DNA of 64,000 nt, taken from assembly GCA_963748625.1 (NCBI GenBank), contig CAVVJT010000002.1, positions 217,642 through 281,641 of the forward strand, given 5' to 3'. The translations under genes were made by a program, and so were the position numbers. This document shows, piece by piece, positions 50,381 to 61,638 of the stretch. The stretch is from an uncultured Chloroflexia bacterium (GTDB lineage: Bacteria; Chloroflexota; Limnocylindria; Limnocylindrales; CSP1-4). The notes under the pieces were generated by a model that did not search any database, was not told the origin of the DNA, and saw nothing but the letters and a program-made list of their open reading frames with translations. The first letter of the stretch is position 1. Each line of letters begins with the position of its first letter.

Positions 50381-51331
50381 ATGGCCGCCGGATCCCGACA
50401 CCTGGGAGACCCGCTGCCGGGATCCGGCGTTGCCCGTGCACATCGCCGCCCGCGGACGGCACGACGGAGGGCAAGGCCCGGCAGCGCGGTGCTTCTGGCC
50501 TTGCCCGCACTGCTTCTCTACGCCGTGTTCGTGCTCGGCCCGATCGGCCTGTGCCTTGCGTACAGCCTCACGAGCTGGAACGGCATCGCACCCGAGATGC
50601 CGTTCGTGGGCCTCGACAACTACGCCGAGGCGATCGGCGATCCGGCGGTCTACTCCGCATTCGCGGTCACGGCCGTGATCGCGGTGACGGCCACCATCGT
50701 CCTCAACGTCCTCGCGATCCCGATGGCTGTCCTGCTCAATCGCACCGACATCGTGACGAGGGTCTACCGCTCGATCGTCTTCTTTCCGATCATCCTGGCG
50801 CCGCTGGTCGTCGGGCTGATCTGGCAGGTGATCCTCAACACGAGCGGGATCCTGAACGCCGGCCTCGCCCAGTTCGGCATCGGCAAGACACATCTGCTCG
50901 CGGATCCGTGGCTCGCGGTCGCCTCGATCACCTTTGTGACCATCTGGCAGACGCTCGGGTTCACGACGGTCCTATACCTGGCAGCCCTCCAGTCGATCCC
51001 GGACGAGCTCTACGAGGCGGCCACGATCGATGGGGCGGGTTCAGCCGCCCGTTTCCGGCATGTCACCGTGCCGATGCTCGCACCCGCAATCACCGTCAAC
51101 GTCGTCCTCCTGCTGATCTTCTTCATGCGCACGTACGACTACGTCGTGTCCATGACGTCGGGAGGCCCGGGCACGGCGACGTATACGGTCGCCTACCTGC
51201 TCATCCAGCGCACCTTCACCGCTCTGCGATACGGGTACGGGTCCGCGATCGCGATCATCTTGCTGGTCGTGGTCTCGGTTCTGTGCGGGGCGGTCATCAC
51301 GGTGCTCCGCCGGCGGGAGGCAGTCCAATGA
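50381..51331 (+). CDS. Carbohydrate ABC permease
   Basis: 'LYEAATIDGA' EAA motif; 'FVGLDNY'. Confidence 0.93.
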   Translation: MAAGSRHLGDPLPGSGVARAHRRPRTARRRARPGSAVLLALPALLLYAVFVLGPIGLCLAYSLTSWNGIAPEMPFVGLDNYAEAIGDPAVYSAFAVTAVIAVTATIVLNVLAIPMAVLLNRTDIVTRVYRSIVFFPIILAPLVVGLIWQVILNTSGILNAGLAQFGIGKTHLLADPWLAVASITFVTIWQTLGFTTVLYLAALQSIPDELYEAATIDGAGSAARFRHVTVPMLAPAITVNVVLLLIFFMRTYDYVVSMTSGGPGTATYTVAYLLIQRTFTALRYGYGSAIAIILLVVVSVLCGAVITVLRRREAVQ

Positions 51332-52152
51332 CCGAGCAATTCGGCCGTCACGGGATCCTCATGCTCACGGCCGTCTGGTTCCTGGTTCCGCTCTACCTGG
51401 TCGTCATCAACGCGTTCAAGACGAAGACCGACATCCTGCGAGACCCGATGGGCATCCCGGTCGACCGGCTGACCACGGCGAACTTCGAAGCCGCAATCAA
51501 CAGCAAGACCTTCGACCTGGCCTACGCCTACGGATTCTCGGCACTGATCGCCCTGAGCGCCGTCGTGATCATCCTCGGCTGTGGGTCGATGATCTCCTAC
51601 TACATTGCGCGACGGTCCGGCGGCTGGGGAAACCGCCTCTACCTCCTCCTGCTCGCGGGCTTGATGGTGCCGCCGCAGGTCGTGTTGATCCCGGTCGTGA
51701 AGGTGCTCGATGCGATCGGCCTGCTCTTCACGCCTTGGGGCCTGATCCTCTACGACTCGGCGCTGTACATGCCCCTGGCCGCGTTCGTGTACGTCGGGTT
51801 CATCCGCAGCCTCCCGATCGAGCTCGACGAGGCGGCCGCGGTGGACGGAGCAGGCCCGATGCGGACGTTCTGGCGGGTCATCTTCCCCCTGCTCACTCCC
51901 GCGACCACGTCCCTGTTCGTCATGCTGATCATCTTCGTCTGGAACGACTTCGTGAACCCCCAGATCCTGCTCGGAGCCAACCAGGGCTACACCGTCACGA
52001 CGGGCATCTTCCGTGCGATCGGCCGGTACCAGACGAACTGGGGCGAGATCTTTGCGTTCATCCTGCTCGCGTCCCTGCCGATGCTGGTCCTGTACCTCAC
52101 GATGCAGCGCTACATCGTGGGCGGCCTGACCAAGGGCGCCGTCAAGGGCTGA
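51328..52152 (+). CDS. Carbohydrate ABC permease
   Basis: 'ELDEAAAVDGA', 'WNDF', 'GAVKG'. Confidence 0.93.
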   Translation: MTEQFGRHGILMLTAVWFLVPLYLVVINAFKTKTDILRDPMGIPVDRLTTANFEAAINSKTFDLAYAYGFSALIALSAVVIILGCGSMISYYIARRSGGWGNRLYLLLLAGLMVPPQVVLIPVVKVLDAIGLLFTPWGLILYDSALYMPLAAFVYVGFIRSLPIELDEAAAVDGAGPMRTFWRVIFPLLTPATTSLFVMLIIFVWNDFVNPQILLGANQGYTVTTGIFRAIGRYQTNWGEIFAFILLASLPMLVLYLTMQRYIVGGLTKGAVKG

Positions 52153-53334
52153 TGCCTGGCGTGCATCCTGGGCTCGCTCCCCTGCGGGTTGTGATTGCTC
52201 CCGACTCGTTCAAGGGGAGCCTCACCAGCGTGCAAGTCGCGGGCGCACTTGCCGCAGGATGGTCCGCGGCACGTCCAGGCGATCTCGTCCAACTCGTGCC
52301 ACTCGCCGATGGCGGGGAGGGAACGCTCTGTGCGCTTGAAGCCGCGGGCGGGTGGCACCGACGATGGACCGTGGCCGGCGATCCGCTCGGCAGGATCATC
52401 GACGCGCCCTGGTTGGTGAGCGCGGATGGCGCCGTCGCCTTCGTCGAGACGGCAGCCGTGTCTGGTCTGTCTCTCGTCGCACATGCAGAACGAGACCCTA
52501 TCGGCGCCTCGACACAAGGAACGGGGGAGGTCGTGCGCGCCGTCCTCGACGTCGGCATCCGGGACATCATCATCGGGCTCGGCGGCAGCGCGACGACTGA
52601 TGGCGGGGCCGGATTCCTGTCTGCACTGGGAGCTGTCGTTCAGCTGGATGGCTTGGGCATGCCTGCGCAAGTCGACCTCGACGACCTAGATCCCCGATTG
52701 GCCGAGACACGGATCCGCGTCGCCTGTGACGTCACGAACACGCTTCTTGGACCGCTACGGCGCCGCGGCGGTGTACGGACCGCAGAAGGGCGCGACAGCA
52801 GCAGCAGCAGCCCTCCTTGAGGCTCGGTTCGCGTCGTTTGCGGACCTGCTCGAGGCGACGACCGGGCGTCTCGAACGGGACTCACCCGGCGCTGGTGCAG
52901 CGGGCGGTCTCGGGTTTTCGCTGCTCTCACTGACCGGACAGCTGAAGCGCTCGAACTCCTGCCCGGAATTGACCTGATCGCTGGGGCCGCTGGCCTTGAT
53001 GCGTCCCTGTCACGATGCGGATGTGGTGATCACGGGCGAGGGCTGCGTCGACGCGCAGACTGCCTTCGGCAAGACCGCATTCGGCGTCGCGCTCCGCGCC
53101 CGCGCCGCAGGCACTTGCTGTCTGGTGGTCGGCGGGCAGGTCACGTACGACGGGCGCGCGGCCCTGGCCGAGGTCGGAGCTGTTGTCATACCCGTGACGG
53201 ACCCTTCCAGCCGCTGGCGGCGATCACGGCCGGTGCCGTGCTGGTCGAGGCCTGCGGGGCCGGGATGGCGCAGGAGATCGACGAGCTCCTCGCTTCGTGC
53301 TCCCGACTTCGCCCGGAGTGATGCTCGGGCCTGA
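52152..53334 (+). pseudogene. Glycerate kinase (GlxK/GarK), frameshifted (decay or read errors)
   Basis: 'APDSFKGSL', 'DGGEGT', 'GGSATTDGG' / 'YGPQKGA', 'GAAGGLG' / 'TGEG..D.QT..GK' lie in different frames. Confidence 0.85.
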
Positions 53335-53416
53335 CCTTGACCGGCAGCTCCGCGTGCGGCGCGACGCGGCGACACGGGGCGGGACGCAGGCGCTTGCCAT
53401 CGCCGACAGCGGCCAT

Positions 53417-53598
53417 TCGCATTTGAACGGTGGACACAGGTCTTACGAAGATCGCTGAGCCCGCTCAGAGGGCCCGATGGAACCGCTGTTTCCCCGTTCA
53501 TGAACGCCGCTGATCCGTGGATTCGGTGGTTCGCCCGTAAGTACAACCCAGTGAAGTTGCTCAGCAACTTCACGGACGTTCGTGAAGCGAAGTCGACG
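53417..53598. repeat. Degenerate att copy plus island-end sequence homologous to ~45461-45630
   Basis: TCGCATTTGAACGGTGGAC..TTACGAAG, GCTGTTTCCCCGTTCA, GTGAAGTTGCTCAGCAACTTCAC. Confidence 0.85.
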
Positions 53599-53851
53599 CT
53601 ACACCGCCGTCAAGGCTCGACGACACCTACTCGATTCTCCGGGCCCGATCTCAGACGGGATCGCCGTTGGTGATGGCGCTGCACGGCCACTTCGGGAGCG
53701 GGGCGCCCGCATTGACCCTGGCCTTCAGCGCTGCGTCCGAGGCACGTGGCGCGTGCGCTGCACTCCCGTGCCGTGGGCTCTCACCTACTCGCGGTGGTCG
53801 CTACAGTGGTGCGATCCGTCGTCCTGCTTCGACACTCACTGGGGGAGCCTG

Positions 53852-55397
53852 ATGCTGACCGGCCAACTCCGGTCCCAAATCGACAAGATCTGGGACGCCT
53901 TCTGGTCGGGCGGCATCTCCAACCCGCTCGAGGTGATCGAGCAGATCACCTACCTGCTCTTCATCCGCCGGCTCGACGACCTCGCAGACGCTCGAGGAGA
54001 ACAAGGCCGCCCGCCTGGGCGAGCCGATGACGCGCCGCTTCTACCCCGCCGGGCAGGACGCGCTCGGGCGGGACTACCAGCGAGCTCCGCTGGTCGCGCT
54101 TCAAGAACGAGGCGCCGGCCGAGATGTTCGAGATCGTCCGCGAGCAGCGTCTTCCCGCTCCTGCGGACCCTGGGCGCCGACGACTCCACGTACGCGCACC
54201 ACATGAAGGACGCGCGCTTCACCATCCCGACGCCGGCGCTCCTCGCCAAGGTCGTCGACCTGCTCGACGACATCCCGATGGACGGACCGCGACACCAAGG
54301 GCGACCTCTACGAGTACATGCTCGGCAAGATCGCCAGCGCCGGGCAGAACGGCCAGTTCCGCACCCCGCGCCACATCATCCAGCTGATGGTCGAGATGAC
54401 GGCCCCCACGCCCACCGACGAGATCTGCGACCCGGCGTGCGGCACCGCGGGCTTCCTGGTGGCCGCGGGCGAGTACCTCCGCGCGCGAGCACCCGAACCT
54501 CCTGCACGACGCGAAGCTGCGCGCGCACTTCCACGACGACCTGTTCCACGGCTACGACTTCGACACCACGATGCTCCGCATCGGCAGCATGAACATGCTG
54601 CTGCACGGCGTCGAGAACCCGGACATCCGCTACCGCGACTCGCTCGCCGAGGAGCACGCGGCGACGCCGAGGCGTACACCCTGGTCCTCGCCAATCCGCC
54701 GTTCGCCGGCAGCCTCGACTACGAGAGCGTCGCGAAGGACCTCCAGGCGATCGTCAAGACCAAGAAGACCGAGCTGCTCTTCCTCGCGCTCTTCCTCCGG
54801 CTGCTCAAGCCCGGCGGCCGAGCGGCGGTGATCGTCCCCGACGGCGTCCTCTTCGGCTCGAGCAACGCGCACAAGGCGCTGCGGCGGATCCTGGTCGAGG
54901 ACCAGAAGCTCGACGCCGTCGTCAAGCTGCCCGAGCGGCGTCTTCCGGCCGTACGCCGGTGTCTCGACCGCGATCCTGCTCTTCACGAAGACCAACTCCG
55001 GCGGCACCGACCACGTCTGGTTCTACGACGTCGCAGGCCGACGGCTGGAGCCTCGACGACAAGCGGACGCCGCTACTGCCCAGCCGACAGCCTCGGGCCC
55101 ACTCCCGGCGGCACTTGGTTGGACCTCGATCATGCGAGGAACAACCTTCCCGACGTGCTTGTGCGGTGGCACCAGCGCGCTTCTACGGAGCGTGAACGCC
55201 CGCGAACAGCGCAGAGCTTCTGCGTCCCAGTCGCGGAAATCGCCGCTCAAGGCTTTGATCTTTCACTCAATCGATACAGGGAAGTCGCGCCAGACGACAC
55301 GTCACACCGTTCGCCGAAGGATCTCATTGCAGAGCTTGCGGATCTGGAGGCTCGCATCGAGCGCGAGCTCAGTGGGCTGGCCGAGACTCTCGGATGA
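53852..55397 (+). CDS. hsdM: Type I R-M methyltransferase (multiple apparent frameshifts)
   Basis: '[16 protein letters not shown]', 'GQFRTPRH', [14 protein letters not shown]. Confidence 0.92.
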
Positions 55398-56438
55398 CGA
55401 GCTGGACCAACGTCGAACTTGGCAGTCTGTGCCGTCCCAGGCAGTGGCCAACCATCGCAAAGTCACAAATGGCGACGTCGGGATTCCCCGTGTATGGCGC
55501 AAACGGTCAGATCGGCTTCTCGCAAACCTACACACACGAGGAGCCGACGATCTTGGTGGGGTGCCGGGGGTCATGCGGAACGGTTCACATCACCGTTCCC
55601 AGATCGTACGCCACCGGGAATGCCATGGCGCTCGACGACTTGGACACGTCCAGGATCACCAAGGCGTTTCTCGCGCACTACCTGCGGTTTCGAGGGTTCC
55701 GCGATGTCACAACCGGCTCGTCTCAGCCGCAGATCATCGCGAGCAACCTCGTTCGCGTCCGAGTGCCGGTTCCTCCGCTCGCTGAGCAAGACCGAATCGC
55801 GGGCCAGCTGGATGCAGCAGTTCAACTGCGCTCCATGCGCCTGCGCGCACTACAACTCACTGACCAGATTGAGGCCGCCACCTTTCGGGCGATGATTGGC
55901 ACTCCAGCCGCCAATCCACACAGACACCCGACCCGGCCGCTTGGTGATCTCATCGAAGCTCTCGTCTGGCAAGTATCTACCCTCGGCGGAGATCGGGACG
56001 TCCGGCATGTACCCAGTGTTTGGTGGCAATGGCGTCTTGGGCCACACGAGCCAGTACCTGTTCGAAGATGCCCGGATCGTCATTGGGCGAGTCGGAGCCC
56101 AATGCGGGTGTGTGCACGTAGCCCCGGCGCGCAGCTGGATCACTGACAACGCAATGCATGTGTCGCGACTCGACGACTCAGTCTCGTTTGCCTACCTCGT
56201 CCACGCACTGAGGATGGCGAACCTGAACCAGTACTCCAGCGCGTCAGGGCAACCACTCGTGTCCGGCTCGAGGATCTACCCTGTCAGGATTCTGGTTCCA
56301 CCCATGGACGTGCAGACAAGGTTCGGCGCCAACATGGCAGCTGTCGCGTCGATCCGAGAGCGACAGCGCGCCTTTCTGTGGGCGCTGACGCCTCTGAACG
56401 CAGCCCTGTACAGCCACGCCTTCGCCGGTCAAACGTGA
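55394..56438 (+). CDS. hsdS: Type I R-M specificity subunit (one apparent frameshift near 55960)
   Basis: Two TRDs, '[11 protein letters not shown]' and 'VPPMDVQ.RF'; ATGA overlap with hsdM. Confidence 0.9.
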
Positions 56439-56439
56439 G

Positions 56440-59400
56440 ATGAGCCAGTTTCGCTTCCTCCGAGATGAGTGGCCGCAGGTCTTCGAGGCTGCGGCTCGCG
56501 TGGAGGTGGCGGCCAACTCGGACCCGCGGGCGGCATGCTTCTACGCCCGGCGTGCCTTGGAGCTCGCGGTATCGTGGGCGTACAAGCACGACGCCGCGCT
56601 CGTGCTCCCGTACCAGGACAACCTGTCGGCGCTCGTCTTCGAGCCGACCTTCCGCCACGTCGCTGGTGACGCGGTCTTCAACAAGGCGCGCGTGATCATC
56701 ACGCTCGGCAACCGGGCGGTCCACAGCAACGCACCGATCCCGGTGTCGGACGCGGTCGTCGCGGCCGGCGAGCTGTTCCACGTCTGCTACTGGCTCGCCC
56801 GCACGTATGCGCGCGACGAGCGCCCGGCGCCGGACCTCCGCTTCGACCCGAGCAGGCTCCCCAAGACCGTCACGATCACCAAGCAGACCGCGGACCAGCT
56901 CAAGGCACTCGCCGCCACCCTGCGCGAGAAGGACGAGAAGCTCACCGAGCTGCTCAGCGGCAGGACGGAGCTCGAGGCCGAGCTCGCCAGGCTGCGCGCC
57001 GAGATCGCCAACGGCGAAGAAGGCCGCCGCCGTCCAGCCAGACACCCACGACTACAGCGAGGCCGCGACCCGCGACTTCTTCATCGACCTCCTGCTCAAG
57101 GAGGCCGGCTGGCCGCTGGCCGACGCGCGCGACCGCGAGTACGAGGTCGCCGGCATGCCCAACGGCGACGGCCGGGGCTTCGTGGACTACGTCCTCTGGG
57201 GCGACGACGGCATCCCGCTCGCCCTGGTCGAGGCCAAGCGGACCCGGCGCGACCCGCGGGCAGGGCAGCAGCAGGCGAAGCTCTACGCGGACTGCCTCGA
57301 GGCGCAGTTCGGCCGCCGCCCGGTCATCTTCTACACGAACGGCTACGAGCACTGGCTCTGGGACGACGCCCACTACCCGCCGCGCCGGGTGTCGGGCTTC
57401 TACAAGAAGGCCGAGCTCGAGCTCCTGGTCCAGCGCCGGACCACCCGCAAGCCGATCGCGACGACGCCGATCAGCCCGGTCATCGTCGAGCGCTACTACC
57501 AGACCCGCGCCATCCGCCGGATCGCCGAGTCGTTCGAGCGCGACCGCCAGCGCAAGGCGCTCCTCGTCATGGCCACGGGCTCCGGCAAGACCCGGACCGT
57601 CATCGCGCTCGCGGACCTGCTGATGCGCGCGAACTGGGCCAAGCGGATCCTGTTCCTCGCCGACCGGGTCGCGCTGGTGCGCCAGGCGTCCAACGCGTTC
57701 AAGGCGTTCCTGCCCGACGCGTCGCCGGTCAACCTGCTCGACGACCCGACGGGCGACGGCCGCGTCTTCGTCTCGACCTACCCCACGATGATGGGCCTGA
57801 TCGACGAGGCGGCCGACGGGCAGCGCCGGTTCGGGCCCGGCCACTTCGACCTCGTCGTCATCGACGAGGCGCACCGCTCGGTCTTCGCCAAGTACCGCGG
57901 CATCTTCGACTACTTCGACTCCCTCCTCGTCGGCCTGACGGCCACGCCCAAGGACGAGATCGACAAGAACACGTACAGCCTGTTCGACCTCGAGACCGGC
58001 GTGCCCACCGACGCCTACTCGCTCGAGGAGGCGGTGCGCGACGGGTTCCTCGTCCCGCCCGAGGCCGTCTCGGTGCCGCTCAAGTTCCAGCGCGAGGGCA
58101 TCAAGTACGACGAGCTCTCCGACGAGGAGAAGGACGCCTACGACGCGCTCGAGTGGGAGGACGACCCGCCCGACGTCGTGGCCGCGGCCGCGGTGAACAG
58201 CTGGCTCTTCAACGTCGACACGGTCGACAAGGTGCTCGCCCACGTCATGGAGCGGGGCATCAAGGTCGCGGGCGGCGACCGGCTCGGCAAGACGATCATC
58301 TTCGCCAAGAACCAGGCGCACGCGGACTTCATCGCCGAGCGGTTCGACGCCAACTACCCGCACTACCGCGGCGAGTTCGCGCGCACCATCACCTACCGGA
58401 CCGAGTACGCCCAGAGCCTGATCGACGCCTTCTCGGCCAAGGACAAGGCGCCGCACCTCGCCATCTCGGTCGACATGCTCGACACCGGGATCGACATCCC
58501 CGAGATCGTGAACCTCGTGTTCTTCAAGCTCGTCCGCTCGAAGACCAAGTTCTGGCAGATGCTGGGCCGCGGGACGCGCCTGTGCCCGGACCTGTTCGGG
58601 CCCGGGGACGACAAGACCAAGTTCCGGCTGTTCGACTACTGCGGGAACCTCGAGTACTTCAGCCAGGACCCGCCGACGACTGAGGGCTCGGTCGACCGAG
58701 TCGCTCGGGAAGCGGCTGTTCGTGCGGCGGATGGAGGTGGTCGCGGCCCTCGAGGAGCGGCTGGGCGGCGAGGTGACGCAGGTCGCCGCACCGGCAGCGC
58801 CCGTCTACGGCGACCCGGTCACCGACGACGAGGTCCGCCGGTCGCTCGTGGCGTCGCTGCACGGCGAGGTCGCGGCGATGAACCTCGACAACTTCCTCGT
58901 CCGGCCGCAGCGGCGGCTGGTGGAGCGGTTCCGACAGCCAGAGGCGTGGGGTCCGCTGTCGGTCGAGGACCGGACGGCGCTCGCAGAGCACGTCGCCGGG
59001 CTGCCGGCCGAGCTCGAACCCCGATGCCGAGGAGGCCAAGCGGTTCGACCTGCTGATGCTGAACCTGGAGCTCTCGCTGCTGTCTGCGCTGCCGGCGTTC
59101 GAGAAGCTGCGCGACCAGGTCCGGGCGATCGCCGGGATCCTGGAGGAGAAGGCGGCCATCCCGATGATCGCGGCCCAGCTCCCGCTGATCGAGGAGATCC
59201 AGTCGGACGACTGGTGGGTCCACGTCACCGTCCCGATGCTGGAGCGGGTCCGCCGACACCTGCGCGACCTCGCGCCGTTGATCGAGCGCGGGCGCCGGAA
59301 GGTCCTGTTCACCGACTTCGAGGACCTCGATGGGCGCCGAGGTCGAGATCGGCCTGCCCGGCCTCGTCGCCGGCATCGACTTCGAGAAGTTCCGGGTGAA

Positions 59401-59860
59401 GGCGCGCGCCTTCCTGCGCGAGAACGAGGACCACGGCGTCGATCCGGAAGCTGCGCACGAACCAGCCGCTCTCGCCGTTCGACCTCGATCGAGCTCGAGC
59501 GGATGCTGCTCGAGAGCGGCGTGGGCGACAAGGGCGCCCTCGAGCGCGCCAAGGCCGAGTCAGAGGGCCTCGGGCTGTTCGTGCGGATGCTGGTCGGCCT
59601 CGACCGAGCCGCCGCCAAGGAGGCGTTCGGCGAGTTCCTCGCCGACCGGGCGCTTGACGGCGAACCAGATCGAGTTCGTCAACCTGATCGTCGACCACCT
59701 GACCGAACACGGCGTGATGAAGGCCGAGCAGCTGTACGAGTCGCCGTTCACGGACATCGCGCCGCACGGACCTGACGCCCTATTCGCAGGAGCGGACGTG
59801 GACCTGCTGATCGCGACGCTCCGGCAGGTGCGCGCGACCGCTGTCGCTTCGATCCAGTAG
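56440..59860 (+). CDS. hsdR: Type I R-M restriction subunit (multiple apparent frameshifts)
   Basis: 'DYVL..VEAK', 'QAKLYAD', 'ATGSGKT', DEAH, 'LTATP', 'QMLGRGTR', C-terminal 'LYESPFTD'. Confidence 0.93.
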
Positions 59861-59907
59861 GTCGGGCGCATGACGGGCTGCTGCTGAACCTGGAGGTCAA
59901 TCGAGGC

Positions 59908-61530
59908 ATGACGCCGATCGACTGGACGAGGATGTCCGATGGCCAGTTCGAGGACATGGTGTCGTGCCTTCTCTCGCACGAGAATCCGTTGGTCCAGCGG
60001 ATCGATGGCAAGGGCGGTGACGGTGGCCGAGACTGCCAGTTTGAGGACGCTGACGGGTTGCGGGTCTACCAGATGAAGCACTTCCCCGGTGGACGCGTCC
60101 GGAAGACCCAGAGACGCCAAGTCGAGCGCTCTTTGGTCACGGCGAGCAAATTGAACCCCGTCGAGTGGTGGCTCATCACGCCAGTCGATCACAACAAGTG
60201 GGAGAAGGACTGGTTCGACACGCTGAAGGCCAAGTATCCGTTCCCCTTGGTTTGGCGCGGACGCACCTGGCTCGATGGCATGTTCGCCGAGCGACAGTTC
60301 ATCTATGACTACTACGTGCGAACGACAGCCGACGAGGTCGTGAAGATCCTGCGCGAGGTTGCACACGAGTCAGCCGCGCTGGCGGGAGGCATCCCCGACG
60401 CTATCGAGCGGACCGAGACCTTGGTTCGGCGAGCGAACACGCTCGATCCGCATTACCGGTTTGAGATCGCCAGCGACGGCCGCTCCTCGCGGGTCACCAT
60501 TCAACCGGCATACGCGGGTGCAGAGCTGGATCGGCCGATCACCATCCAGAGCCAGTTTCGCTTCGACACCAAGACCGAGGAAGGGCGTGCCAAGCTCGAG
60601 GCCTTCGAGAAGGCGCTTGACTTTGGCATCCCGGTCGAACTTAGCGGTGAGTTTGTCCCGACTGTCGAACTTGATGCGCCGGCCGGGCTGGGAGGGACTT
60701 TCGAGCGGCCTTCGATCGAAATCGGACCCGGTCAGCCGGCCATCACCGAGCCGATCACGCTGGTCTTCAACGTGTCTGACCCCCTCGGAGCCGTACTGGC
60801 GGAGTTGTCGGTTACGGGCCAGGCAACATCAACGGGGCGGCGCGGAACGGTGCTCCACGGACAGGACCGGGGCGGCTATCTCAGAGCCGTGGTCGTGATT
60901 GACGTCGGAGATGGGAGGTACCGCATCAACTTCCATGTGCAGTGGAAGCGGTTCATTCCCCAAGACTTCCTACCAGTCGCCCGATTCCTTGCCGCATATC
61001 ACACCCCCAACGCGGTATCCATCGCGCGCGATGATGGCACGATGCAGGGAACGCCTGAGCTCGGACCCGCCGAGCCCCTTCTCGGGCGCGAGATCTGCGA
61101 GTTCGTCGAGAACCTAGCCCTCGTCCAGATGTCCACCGGCCTCCTCCGGGAGGTGGCGGGTGCAATCGAACCCGAGGATTTCTATGCGGCTGCCGCGGGC
61201 CGGGCGCTCCTGACCGGACAGTCAGTCCGGATGCCTTGGACGAGCCTCACCATGACACTGGCGCCAGACGCCTCACTTGAAACCCGTACCAGACTAGTCC
61301 GCGAAGTCGTGAGGTTCGAGACAACCGAGAGGGCTCCCGTTCCCCTGGAGATTTGTGGCACGACGTACCGGGTAGGGACCGCCCACAGGATTGCCGTGAC
61401 GGCCCGGGTAGACCCAACCCGATCTGGCGCACCGGATTCAGAACCGTTTGACGCCACCACTCCCGTCGTGCTCATGCCCGAAACTAACGATCCACTCGCG
61501 CTGGTCACGCTGGTCCAGGGTTCGGGCTGA
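59908..61530 (+). CDS. Uncharacterised protein with N-terminal PD-(D/E)xK-type nuclease domain
   Basis: 'FEDMV..LL..IDGKGGDGGRD..VYQMKHF'; GGAGG RBS. Confidence 0.75.
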   Translation: MTPIDWTRMSDGQFEDMVSCLLSHENPLVQRIDGKGGDGGRDCQFEDADGLRVYQMKHFPGGRVRKTQRRQVERSLVTASKLNPVEWWLITPVDHNKWEKDWFDTLKAKYPFPLVWRGRTWLDGMFAERQFIYDYYVRTTADEVVKILREVAHESAALAGGIPDAIERTETLVRRANTLDPHYRFEIASDGRSSRVTIQPAYAGAELDRPITIQSQFRFDTKTEEGRAKLEAFEKALDFGIPVELSGEFVPTVELDAPAGLGGTFERPSIEIGPGQPAITEPITLVFNVSDPLGAVLAELSVTGQATSTGRRGTVLHGQDRGGYLRAVVVIDVGDGRYRINFHVQWKRFIPQDFLPVARFLAAYHTPNAVSIARDDGTMQGTPELGPAEPLLGREICEFVENLALVQMSTGLLREVAGAIEPEDFYAAAAGRALLTGQSVRMPWTSLTMTLAPDASLETRTRLVREVVRFETTERAPVPLEICGTTYRVGTAHRIAVTARVDPTRSGAPDSEPFDATTPVVLMPETNDPLALVTLVQGSG

Positions 61531-61638
61531 CTCGACCCAAACGGCATCGTCTACCGTCCACCTACCCCTCAGCACCACGGACCCAGGGGCAGAGAGCGGG
61601 TCACGCGTGGCGCACAAGCCCGCTCGCGCCGATGTCGG

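Noticed and set aside
53852-59860. Programmed frameshifting or phase variation in hsd genes
   Set aside because: Too many shifts, no slippery tracts and no invertible hsdS repeats.
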